Shown one piece after another: positions 37,129-48,709 of a DNA stretch of 64,000 nucleotides (position 1 is the first letter of the stretch; each line of letters starts with the position of its first letter). The translations under genes and the position numbers were made by a program. Origin of the DNA: Malacoraja senta. Lineage: Eukaryota. The notes beneath the pieces were generated by a model that saw only the letters and a program-made list of their open reading frames with translations, was not told the DNA's origin and did no database searches. The DNA lies in assembly GCA_038087875.1 (NCBI GenBank), contig CM075988.1:16494001-16558000 (forward strand). The letters run 5' to 3'.

Positions 37129-39141
37129 ATAAATATTGTCTGATAAATATTGTCTGGCTCGCCGTACATTTCCCGCATCTGCACAATGCAGATACAATAT
37201 GTTCAAGTTGAGCAGTACTCATTTACCATAGAGTGCCATGGGACCAAAACCTTCCATTCATTTCAAGCGATGATATATCAATATTGTTCATCTCCATTCA
37301 CTCGCTGATTACAAAAGCTCCATCCTGTAATCTTATGACATGTTCATGTCATTTTCCACTGTAACTCCAGACATCCAAACTTATAATGAAATTTGTCATT
37401 TTGTAATTACATATCTTGTGCAACATCTTACCTGCGTCCCTCTATCATACCTGGTCCCATATGGTTATGTCATTGGATTTAGTCTGCAGCTGACAACGCA
37501 CATATTTGGAAGGGAAGGGGGGGCATATTTGTGTGACTTCAGTTTTAGAGATACAGCATGGAAACAGGACCATCAGCCCACCGAGTCCACAGTGATCATT
37601 GACCACCCATCTCTTTGCTTCTTCCAACCAGCCACCCTCTGCCTCCACAAGGGCTAAATCTGCAACTCATTGCCCCAGCTGTGTCTCCACCCTTGGCTTC
37701 CTTGCTGGTCCTCACCATCAACCCTCCACCGCCCGCTCCACCTTGTCCCTACCTCTCCTCCTCTCTCAACTATCCTTCCGCACCCTAACGAGCACCAACA
37801 GAGTGATCAGTAACTGGGAGGCACAAATTCAAGGTGAGTGGTAGGAGGATTAGTGGATAATTAAGGAGAAATTTGTCACTCAATAAGAGTCGCAGAGTTG
37901 TGGATCTCACTGCCGGAAAGAATGATGGGGGCAGAAATCTTAACCATATTTAAAACATCTTGCATTTCGGCCAATGCTCTTCAGTTCATTGTGCTTCCTT
38001 CACTTAGTGGAGTGGTCACTTGACATCTGCTGGACCATAATAAGCCTTACCATTAATGCAGGACAAAGAGAGCCTTGTCTCTCAATTGGATGTGCTTTGG
38101 GGAGCAAAGTCACCATTTTGAAAACTATTTTGAAAAATGGTGACTTTGTTGCTGGATCCAAGTCTATTCACTGTATCTCAGTCACAATGTTTAGCTTTGG
38201 CCAATAAATGATCAACATGGTCAAGATATAGCATTATGGTTGCCCATGTCTGTTTCTTAATTTTATCTTCATCTACCTCCAGCGTGTTTTGGATGGGTAG
38301 GGGGGCATATTTGTGTGTCTTCAGTTTTAGAGATACAGCATGGAAACAGGCTCTTCAGCCCACCGAGTCCACAGTGATCATTGACCACCTATTCACACTA
38401 GTTCTATGCTATCCCACTTTCATAAGGTCAGAAGTGATTGGAGTAAAATTAGGCCATTCGGCCCATCAAGTCTACTCCGCCATTCAATCATGGCTGATCT
38501 ATCTTTCTCTCCTAACCCCATTCACCTGCCTTCCCCCCACAACCTTTGACACCTGTACTCTGACTTTCGCATCCACTTCCTAAGGACTATGGGCAAGTTA
38601 CAGTAGCCAATTAACCCACAAACTCGCACGTCTTTGGGAATTGGGAGGAAACCGGAGCACCCTGTGGAAACAGGGATAACATGTGAATTCCACACAGACA
38701 GGTCAGGATCGAACCGTGCCGCACTGATTCATATATATTCTGCTGCGAGAATAACTAATCGGCAACCTATTTCTAACTACACTTGGCCAGCATTCTTTGT
38801 TTCTGCTATGAGCAGTCATGGTACCAAGGTAACCCTTCCTCCAACCCTCTTGGTTTTATCACAAGTGAAACAACCACTCCCTCCGCTGCATTGAATTTTC
38901 ACTCCTGCCAGTGCGTTGCCTTAAGGGGAACGGCAAACTGCATCAGGACAGAATGTGGTGCCAAATATACCCAAAGTTAGTAACAAATTAAAGAAGTAGG
39001 CCTTCCCTTCAATGCAAAAGCACTGAAGTTATTATATGAAGTTAAGTAGTTTAGTTTAGATTAGTTTCGTTTATTGTCACCTGTACCGAGGTACAGTAAA
39101 AAAATGTTGTTGCGTGCTAACCATTCAGTGGAAATACAATA

Positions 39142-39351
39142 TGTTTAAGAAGGAACTGCAGATGCTGGAAAATCGAAGGTACACAAAAATGCTGGAGAAA
39201 CTCAGCGGGTGCAGCAGCATCTATGGAGCGAAGGAAATAGGCAACGTTTCGGGCCGAAACCCTCAAGGGTTTCGGCCCGAAACGTTGCCTATTTCCTTTG
39301 CTCCATAGATGCTGCTGCACCCGCTGAGTTTCTCCAGCATTTTTGTGTACT
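39142..39351. mobile_element. Short fold-back Penelope-derived element: 85-bp arms, 2-nt loop
   Basis: Arms 39179-39263 and 39266-39350 with one mismatch; direct repeat GTGGAAATACAATA at 39128-39141 and 39352-39365. Confidence 0.92.
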
Positions 39352-42300
39352 GTGGAAATACAATACGTCATTACAATTGAGCCATTCACAGTGCACAGAT
39401 ACATGATAAGGGAATAACGATTAGTGCAAGATAAAGTCAGCAAACTGTGATCAAAGATAACCTGAGGGTCTCCAATGAGGTAGATAGTCAGTCGCTCAGT
39501 AGATCGGTAGATATTTAATGCCATTGATAAACCATCACCCTATTTCTTAACAATATTGCTCACTTTTTACCTAAAAAGTAAAACATCTCATTTGCAGCTG
39601 TGGTTGAGACTTGTAAATTAATTTAAATAATAGAGCCGAGAACCTTTTTTTTAGAGCTGATTGATCTAAATGGCCAATTCATGATGCTGATTTTGCATTC
39701 TGACCTCAATATCTCTGGTTAAATCTCTCACTCAGGTAATTTGGTTGCAGTAACTTTGAGCTCCTGACTTCCTTAAATCTCTTCACTGATTCAACATGAT
39801 TGTCCATGAAACTCCGTACACATTCACTCCTATTAATAACAATCCTCTGTTTTAGTTTAGCTTAGTTTAGAGATACAATGCGGAAACAGGCCCTTTGGCC
39901 CACCAATTCCGCACCGACCAGCGATCCCCGCACACTAACACTAACCTACACACACTAGGGACAATTTTACATTCATGCCAAGCCAATTAACCTACAAACC
40001 TGTACATCTTTGGAGTGTGGGAGTGAAAAACTGAAGATTTTGGAGAAAAAACCCAGGCAGGTCATGGGGAAAACGTACAAACCGTACAGACAAGCACCTG
40101 TAGTCAGGTTCGAATCCGGGCCCCTGGGGCTGTAAGGCAGTAGCTCTACTGCAAGGCCACCTTGTCGCCTTCTGTCTTTAATCTTTACCAATTGCTTGCC
40201 TACCATAGGATTTGCATTTCTGTGGTACTGCATTCTTACAAGTTAGCCTAACGAATGCAACACTTTAAGTGGTTTTGAAAGTCAAACTGCAATGTTTCAG
40301 CTTGCTGCCTTCATCCAGTGTTGCAAACTTCAGTTGCCACTATCATGGATTCAAGACCAGAGTCAGAGCACAAAAAATTCAAGCCGGCTCTCTAGTGCGG
40401 TACTGAGGGATATGGGTCACACAAGGGCAATTTACAATTTTACCAAAGCCAATTAATCTACAGACCTGTTCGTCTTTGGAGTATGGGAGGGAACCGAAGC
40501 ACCCACGCAGCCAGAGGGAGAACATACAAACTCCGGAGAGAGAGAGCACCCGTGGTCAGGATCGAACCCGGGTCTCTGGCGCTGTAAGGCAGCACCTCCA
40601 CCGCTGTGCCACTGTGCCGACCCTGAACATACACAAGGAGTGAGCACCCCACAGTGCTTTTAACCCTCTGACCACATTCCTGAAGGACTAACACTTGTCC
40701 TGTTCCTAGTTCTAGAAATAGGTCCTCAGCATTTAACTTGTCGCTGCTTCTCACGATCTCAATACCAACTCTTGTTGAAATCATCTGACATATTACACAT
40801 AAGTTAAAAGTTCCACTTCAGCACTTGTTACATTTTACAGATGAGTACTTCACTGGTGATAAGAAATGAATATTTCTACCTCATAGACTTCCAGCGGTGA
40901 CAACCCTGTGGCAGTCGTAACATTGAAAAAGTTACAGTTGACTACCGGCTAATGGATGAGGCCAACATCCAGCAGGTGATGAGTTCAACTCCCACAAGAG
41001 TAAACCACAGTAATGAATGTTATAAATGCATTAATTTTCCGTAGTAGAATCAGAAGAAGGATTGAGGAAGATTGTGAGTTATCAGAAAACCCAGTGATTC
41101 ATGAATGTTCACCAGGTAGGGGAGCTTGTCGATGTCATTTGGTCTGAACCACATGAGATTCCAGTTTCCCACTCCAATATCAACTTTGAAATAGCTACTG
41201 TATATGAAACTTCTTGTAATTAATGGTGTGTAGCAAAAATAACATCGTTTGGACCTTTTGCCACAGTCAGGATGACGAAAACAATCGCAGCCCGACCTCT
41301 TTCACACAGAGGGTGGTGGGTATATAGAATCAGCGGCCAGAGGAGGTAGTTGAAGCAGGGACGATAACACCATTTAAACCATGCTTGGACAGGTACATGG
41401 ATAGAATTTAGGTTTAGAGGGATATGGTCCAAACGAGAGGAGGTGGGACTAGTATAGATGGGGCATCATGATCCGCAGGGGCAAATTGGGTCGAAGGGCC
41501 TGTTTCCGTGCTGTATGACTCTTTGACTAATTCTTATTTTGACTGCCTAACCATGGGTGCCTGAGAAAATGCAAAGGCCACCTCACCAATGGCTAATGAT
41601 TGCAGCCCATGATTGGATGGATTCTGAATAAATAAACGGCTCGACAGTTACTTTTCCAATGTTCTGATTGTTGCAGAATGTCACTGTTGAATATCCACAA
41701 GTAGAAATATCACTTTCTGGCAGAAACAAACACCCGTGATGCTGGTTTATACAAATTAATACAAAGCGCTGGAGTAACTCAGCAGGTCAAGCAGCATCTC
41801 TGGAGAACATGGATCCAAAGTTTTGGAAAAACTCAACAGGTCTAGCAGCACCTTTGGGGAACATGGACACTAAGTGCTGGAGTAACTCAGTCTGAAGGTC
41901 AGAGTCAAATGGTTTGCAGAAGGGTCTTGAACTGAAATGTTACCTGTCCATGTTCTCCAGAGATGCTGCCTGACCCACTGAGTGACTCCAGCACTCGGTA
42001 TCACTTTCTAGTCACCTGTAAAGCACTCACCTGCAAAATGTAACAAATGTTGGAATCTATGACTGGGTGGTTTCTGAATAAATGCAAACGGCTGATGGAG
42101 TTTATATTAAAGGAGAGCCAATTAATTTCAACAAACTGCTATACAGAGAGCAAATATTCCTAATGTCATCCAAGGTAGATCATGCTAGCAGGAATAAACC
42201 AAGGCATACATATTTTACCATCAGTAATTCACCTTGTACTCCATGTGGCAAATGTTGCAAATACTCTTCTGACTCTTCATCATAAAAATCACATTTATCT

Positions 42301-44842
42301 CAGATAGATGTGGAAAATGAAGGCAGGAAGTGTATTCATGCCTCCAAGAAATGCCCAAAGCATATTTTTTGTAATATTCACAGCAGAAAGGATGAGATAT
42401 CCAGAGTTCCCACTGCTTCATCACCTCTCTGCTTGAACATAAGAACACTGGGACACAAGTGAGTCATTTAGCCCTTGATCTCTTACAGTTTTTCAATAAG
42501 ATCTGCTAATCTGTCACTGGAGCTCAAATACCCCAAACTCTGAGAACAATTAGTTACTGATTCGTGACCTACAGATAACGATGTTGCATGGGGAAGTGAA
42601 ATCCACCACATTCATCCTTTGCATGCTTCCTGCCAACACTTGAAGATAGACACAAAAAGCTGGAGTAACTCAGCAGGTCGGGCAGCATCTCTGGAGAGAA
42701 GGAATAGATGACGTTTCGGGTCGAGACCCTTCTTCAGAAAGAGCAGGCTCTCTATCCTCAAATATCCAGTTTTGACAGCTATATCACAATGGGCCAAATT
42801 GTCACCCAAATTCCAACGATTCCATGGTTTTAAAGGTATTTCTAATCATTGTCTGCACTACCTTGCATGTAAAGCTTTAGTTTTTGTTTTCTTCATCTAT
42901 TCACGGACGCACATAATTTATGTGTAATTTATGTATAATTTTGTGTATTTGCCTGATTTTGCCTGATTTTCATTGTAATGGTAGCTCACCACACTTGTGC
43001 ACGACAATACACTCGATTTGGCATGACTTGCTCGCCTTCCATCTGATGTCCATCCTCATTCCACCAGGAAGGTCAATACTTCTACAACTACATACTCCTT
43101 GGTCCTCCATGGCTCTGTAACTCAGCATTAGTTTTGAATGTTTGTTGGCAGTATGTTGACTACATTCCAGGTACCAATGAACAATCCACAATGACTGTAC
43201 ATCCTGTGAATGTAGGAGATGGAGGTGGGCTAATTGAGGTATTTCAAAAGCATACACAACTGGAACACAAGCCTAGCCCACCATTTAATATGAACATGAT
43301 CATGGCGTATCCACTTTAGACCTCAACTCCTCCTCTGTGCCAGATCCTCTCAGATCTCAATCCCCTGATCCTTACAGCAAAGGTCGAGATGAGGTGAGGT
43401 CTAATTGAATGGCACAGCTCCCCGAGTCTAAAGAGGCCATCCCTTAGGAACAGCACCTCATATTCCTCTTGACTAGCTTACTACCCAACAGTATAAACAT
43501 TGAATTCTCAATTTTTAGGAACCTCTCTGGTTCAGGTCTTCCAGAGATGCTGCCTGACCCATGGGGTTACTCCAGCACTTTGTGTCCCTGTTCCTTTGTT
43601 CTCCGGAGCAGTTCCCTTAAGGTTGTGGCAATCACTACTGATGTCTGACTGATGTGCAGATTCCAAGACTGTAAACAAAGTTCCCTCAAATCTGGGTTTC
43701 AAGCTGCCAGCCCTGTTTTGTCAGGCAACAAAAATTATCTTTATTAATCCCCCACTAGTGAATTAGAAGAAAATCTACTCAGCAGTAATTTCCTGTTTAA
43801 TAACATTACTGCCTCTCTCACATGCAGGGCAACAAACAGCACAAGCACACAGCAGCAGAGATGCAGGCCAACCCAGCAATTAATTATGAGCAGGCAATTA
43901 ATTACCTACACCCATCACTAAAATCCCTTCTCTCAAATTTGACTTGTTGATAAACTTTTTCCCTTAATTGGATTACAGATATTAAAATCTGAGCTTGCAT
44001 ATAAAAGCACCAAGTGCCTTCATCTCCATCCAGACTGCGGCAAGGAACGGCTTGATTGCCATCATGAAATTGTCACGTCAATTCTGCCCGACTGCTCCTG
44101 AATATTAACCCCTCCAAAACAGAGACCAATAAATGCTGGTTAGTCAAGGGATGTGGCTGGCCTTGCAAAAAGAAACAAAGAAACCTAGTATGTTGGTCAA
44201 GCAAATAATTAATAAGGCAACGTGCAGCCTCCAGTGTTATAGAATCATAGGGAGATGCAGCATGGAAACGGGTCCTTCAGCCCAACGGGTTTGCACCAAC
44301 CAAATTTTGACATCCTTTGTTCCTAAACCCACTTTTCTCTTCTCACCACATTCTCCTCAACTACTCCCAAGTTTTTCACTCAAAGGGTGGTGGGTGTATG
44401 GAACGAGCTGCCAGAGGAGGTAGTTGAGGCGGGGACTATCACAACGTTTAAGAAACATTTAGACAGGTACATGGATAGGACAGGTTTAGAGGGATCTGGG
44501 CCAAATGCAGGCAGACAAGACTAGTGTAGCTGGGACATGTTGGCCGATATGGGGAAGTTGGGCCAAAGGCCCTGTTTCCACATTGTATGACTCTATCTGC
44601 TACTACTCACCTTTGCACTTGGGGCAATTTACCTACCAATTCACACGCCTTTGCATTACAAGAACATGTTCAACTGTACAGGGTCTTAGGGCGACCACAC
44701 CAGGAGGAATGGTTTAGAAGATTGGCCCTGTTTAAATTTGGGTTTATTATTGTCATGTGTACCGAGGTACAGTGAAAAGTTTTTGTTTTGCTACAAAAGG
44801 TAGAGTGAAGAGAAAGATACAGAGTGCAGAATGTAGTGTAGG

Positions 44843-44950
44843 GAAGGCAGCACAGTTTAGAGAAGGCAGCACAGTTTAGGGAAGGCAGCACAGTTTAGAG
44901 AAGGCAGCACAGTTTAGGGAAGGCAGCACAGTTTAGGGAAGGCAGCACAG
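44843..44950. repeat. 19-bp minisatellite GAAGGCAGCACAGTTTAG(A/G), about 5.7 copies
   Basis: Units start at 44843, 44862, 44881, 44900, 44919, 44938. Confidence 0.95.
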
Positions 44951-45662
44951 ACGACACAGCAGGTAGAGCAGCAGCCTCACAGCTCCAGTGATCCAGGTTC
45001 AACCCTGACCTCTGTTGCTGTCCATGTGGAGTTTACACATCCTCCCTGTGACCCCACGGATCTCCTGTGATGCTCCCCTTTCATGCCGGTGGCCAGGTTA
45101 GTTGGTTGCTGTAAATTGCCCCTCGTGTGGAGGTGAGTGGTAGAAAATGTGGGAAGCTGGTGGGAACTTGGGGAGAATAAAATGGAATAAGTGTGGGTGG
45201 GTGACTAGTGATCAGCTCGGACAGTGGTTGAAAGGGCTTGTTTCCATGCTGATAAAGGTCCAATGGAAAGGATTGAGTGGAGTGTAGATAATGAGTGGTG
45301 ATCTTGCTGAAGCATAAAAGCATATGAGGGGGCTAGGTAGGGAAAATAATGGGTGGTAATTTCCCTTGGGAGCAGGGGGAATCTCGAACAAGGAACTAGA
45401 ATCCTAATCTAGAACTAGGAAGCTTAGTCTCAGGCGAATGGCCATTATCCTAGACAACCTTGGAGGCAAAGTCATTAAATATATTCAAGGCTAAGGCAGA
45501 TAGATGACTGGTCTATGGGGGAAATCAATGATGATAATGGGGGTAACAAGAGAGACCATGGAGTGGATACCAATAACCGGATCATCCATCATCTAATGGA
45601 ATGGCAGAGCGGGATTGCTGAGATAAACTGAATTAAGTGTTAAATTAAATGTTGGCAAGTTA

Positions 45663-46234
45663 AGGGGCTGTCCCACTTGGGCGACCTAATCCGCGAGTTC
45701 TGGCGAGTTTGCCCTCGACTCATACTCGCAACATGGTTGACACGAGGTCGTAGGAGGTCTTCGTAACTCTCCTTCATGCTCGAGAGTGGTCCCCGCGTAC
45801 TCGAGGCCTCAGCTAGGTCGCGCCGTTTTTTTCAACATGTTGAAAATTGCCCGCGAGTAAAGAAAGGTCGCCATGGAAAAAATCAATACTTTTTTTACTC
45901 GTAGGTTTAGTTATAGTAGGTCGTAGTAGGTCGGCATGTTAGTCGTCGGTAATCGAGGGTAGTCGAAGGTAGTTGTAGATAGTCTTCATCATAGTCGAAG
46001 GGAGGTCGAAGGAGATCGAAGGAGGTCGTCTTCACTCTCCACTATTCGGTGTCCAATTTTCCCGAAATTAGTCGTAGCTAGTCGAAGCTAGTCGTAGCTA
46101 GTCTTCAACATAATCGAAAGAGGTCGAAGGAGGTCTTCTACATAGTCAAAGGAGGTCTTCAACATGACATTTTTTCAAACTCTCCTAAACTCTTCTAAAC
46201 TCGCCAATTAGGTCGCCTAAGTGGGACAGCCCCT
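45663..46234. mobile_element. MITE, probably PIF/Harbinger type
   Basis: TIR AGGGGCTGTCCCACTT(G/A)GGCGACCTAAT at both ends; TTA on both flanks (45660-45662, 46235-46237); internal GTCGAAGG/TAGTCG short repeats; CpG-rich; no ORF. Confidence 0.85.
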
Positions 46235-46992
46235 TTAAGCTTAGTTTAGTTTACATTAGAGGTACAGCGTGGAAACAGGCTCTTCAGCCCACCGAGTCCG
46301 CACTGACTAGGGGTCCCCGCATATTAACTCTATTCTACACACTCGAGGGACCATGTACAATTTACCAAGCCCACAGACCTGCACTTCTTTGGAGTGTGGG
46401 AGGAAACCAGAGCTCCCTGGGAAAACCCACGCAGGTCACAGGGAAAACGTACAAACTCCGTGCAGACAGCACCCGTAGTCAGGATCGTACCCACTTGGTG
46501 GGATGATTTGTTTTGGATATAATTGCCGCAAAATTCCTCCTAAGTGTAGTATGCTGCGTTGTGATCCACTTTGTTGCAGTGGGCTACAATGTCCCACTGC
46601 TGGGCTGAGTATTTGTCACTGGCAAGGGGGAACTGTAGCCCCTTTTGTGGTTCTCGTGCAGAAGAATATGGGAGTGAAGCCAGGGACCGTGCGCAATGAG
46701 CCCTGATTCTAATAGTCATACAGCACGGAAACAAGCCCTTCAGCCTGGCTTGTCCATGGTGATAAGCTACCCATTTGCTTGCATTTGGCCCATATCCCTC
46801 TAAACCTTTCCCATCCATGTACCTGTCTAATTGTCCTTTAGACATTGTTATTGTACCTGCCTCCACTACTTCCTCTGGCAGCTCGATTCCATTTACCCAC
46901 CACCCTCTGTCTGAAATAGTTGTCCCTCAGGTTCCTATTTAATCTCTTCTCTCTCACAAACCTATGCCCCCTAGTTCTTGATTCCCCGACTT

Positions 46993-47611
46993 ACATAGAA
47001 ACATAGAAAATAGGTGCAGGAGGAGGCCATTCAGCCCTTCGAGCCAGCACCGCCATTCATTGTGATCATGGCTGATCGTCCCCTATCAATAACCCGTGCC
47101 TGCCTTCTCCCCATATCCCTTGACTCCACCAGCCCTTAGAGCTCTATCTAGCTCTCTCTTAAATCCATCCAGTGACTTGGCCTCCACTGCCCTCTGTGGC
47201 AGGGAATTCCACAAATTCACAACTCTCTGGGTGAAAAGGTTTTTTCTCACCTCAGTCTTAAATGGCCTCCCCTTTATTCTAAGACTGTGGCCCTGGACTC
47301 GCTCCACATTTGGAACATTGTTCCTGCATCTAGCTTGTCCAGTCCTTTTATAATTTTATATGTTTCTATAAGATCTCCCTTCATCCTTCCAAACTCCAGT
47401 GAATACAAGCCTAGTCTTTTCAAGATTTCCTCATATGACAGTCCCGCCATCCCAGGGATCAATCTCGTGAACCTACGCTGCACTGCCTCTATCATAAGGA
47501 TGTCCTTCCTCAAATTAGGAGACCAAAACTGTACACAATACTCCAGATGTGGTCTTACCAGAGCCCTATACAACTGCAGAAGAATCTCTCTACTCCTATA
47601 CTGAAATCCTC
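46993..47611 (-). mobile_element. CR1 LINE 3' fragment, adjacent to an older CR1 fragment at about 46712-46990
   Basis: ORFs 47086..47307 and 47274..47648; ACATAGAA tail repeats. Confidence 0.92.
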
Positions 47612-47949
47612 TTGGTATTACTCTGGGATAAAGTCTCTTTCCATTCACCCTATCTTTCCCCTCATGATCTGATAGAGACCCTCATTCCCCCTGTGCTCCA
47701 AGGAATGAAGTCCCAGCCTGCCCAACCTCTCCCAATCTTCCAATGTTTTCTGGTGGAAACTGATTGCAGGAGCTGGCGCTGAGGAGCCAGTGCACACACA
47801 GGTAAACTAATTAGAAACAAGATTAATTATAAAGGCAAAGACAAATGCAAGAGGAATAATAATCAGACACTTTTACATTATGCAACCCACAGCCTTGAGT
47901 CACTTTACAGCCGACAAAATAATTTAAAGTTGTCATTGCGCTTCTATAG

Positions 47950-48022
47950 TAAGAGATCTGGCAGCCAATTTGAACAGAGCAAGATCCTACAAAGAGCAAA
48001 GTAATAATGACCAGATAACCTG
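47950..48022 (-). mobile_element. Ancient DeuSINE (Deu-domain) fragment
   Basis: Minus strand TTATCTGGTCATTATTACTTTGCTCTTTGTAGGATCTTGCTCTGTTCAAATTGGCTGCC resembles the Deu-domain consensus as I recall it. Confidence 0.6.
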
Positions 48023-48032
48023 CTGCAACTAT

Positions 48033-48398
48033 GGTGGTTCACTCCCCCTCCCATTCTCAATCTGACCTTCCTGTCCTGGTGAAACCCAGAGCAAATTGGA
48101 GGAACAGCACCTCATATTTCACTTGGGTAGTTTACACCCCAGCGGTACGGACATTGACTTCTCTAACTTCAAATAGCCCTAGTTTTCCCTCTCTCTCCAT
48201 CCCCTCCCCTTTCCCAGTTCTCCCACCAGTCTTACTGTCTCTGACTACATTCTATCTCTGTCCCGCCCACTCCCCTGACAATAGTCCCGAAATGTCACCC
48301 ATTCCTTCTCTCCAGAGATGCTGCCTGTCTCGCTGAGTTACTCCAGCATTTTGTGTCTTCCTTCGATTTAAACCAGCATCTGCAGTTCTTTCCTACAC
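48033..48398 (+). mobile_element. Penelope-like element 3' fragment; shorter related pieces at about 43445-43590 and 57240-57448
   Basis: CTCCCCCTCCCATTC and AAATTGGAGGAACAGCACCTCATATTTC match the 30620-30730 region; ends in CAGCATCTGCAGTTCTTTCCTACAC. Confidence 0.8.
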
Positions 48399-48465
48399 CC
48401 TGCCATTGGACTCTTCTTCAAAGTATTATTACAGTACATTTGTGATCCTAACTGGGGGCCTCAGG

Positions 48466-48471
48466 ATGGAT

Positions 48472-48539
<68 letters not shown>

Positions 48540-48649
48540 GGATAGATGGATAGATGGATAGATGGATGGATGGATGGATGGATGGATGGATGGATGGATG
48601 GATGGATGGATGGATGGATGGATAGGATAGATGGATAGATGGATAGATG

Positions 48650-48700
<51 letters not shown>

Positions 48701-48709
48701 GGATAGATA
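48466..48709. repeat. Compound (GATA)n-(GATG)n-(GATA)n microsatellite
   Basis: Directly visible. Confidence 0.98.

Noticed and set aside
39142..39351. Classification of the fold-back elements as MITEs or miRNA genes
   Set aside because: Arms are asymmetric, TSDs are long and variable (10-15 bp), and the sequence is the 3' UTR of the GIY-YIG element; small-RNA production is untested.
44843..44950. CRISPR-like array
   Set aside because: Head-to-tail tandem units with no spacers, no cas genes, vertebrate context.
45660..46238. TTAA-type (piggyBac/Kolobok) target duplication
   Set aside because: Symmetric TIR boundaries (AGGGGC...GCCCCT) leave TTA on both sides; TTAA would need asymmetric ends. 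The second MITE remains ambiguous.
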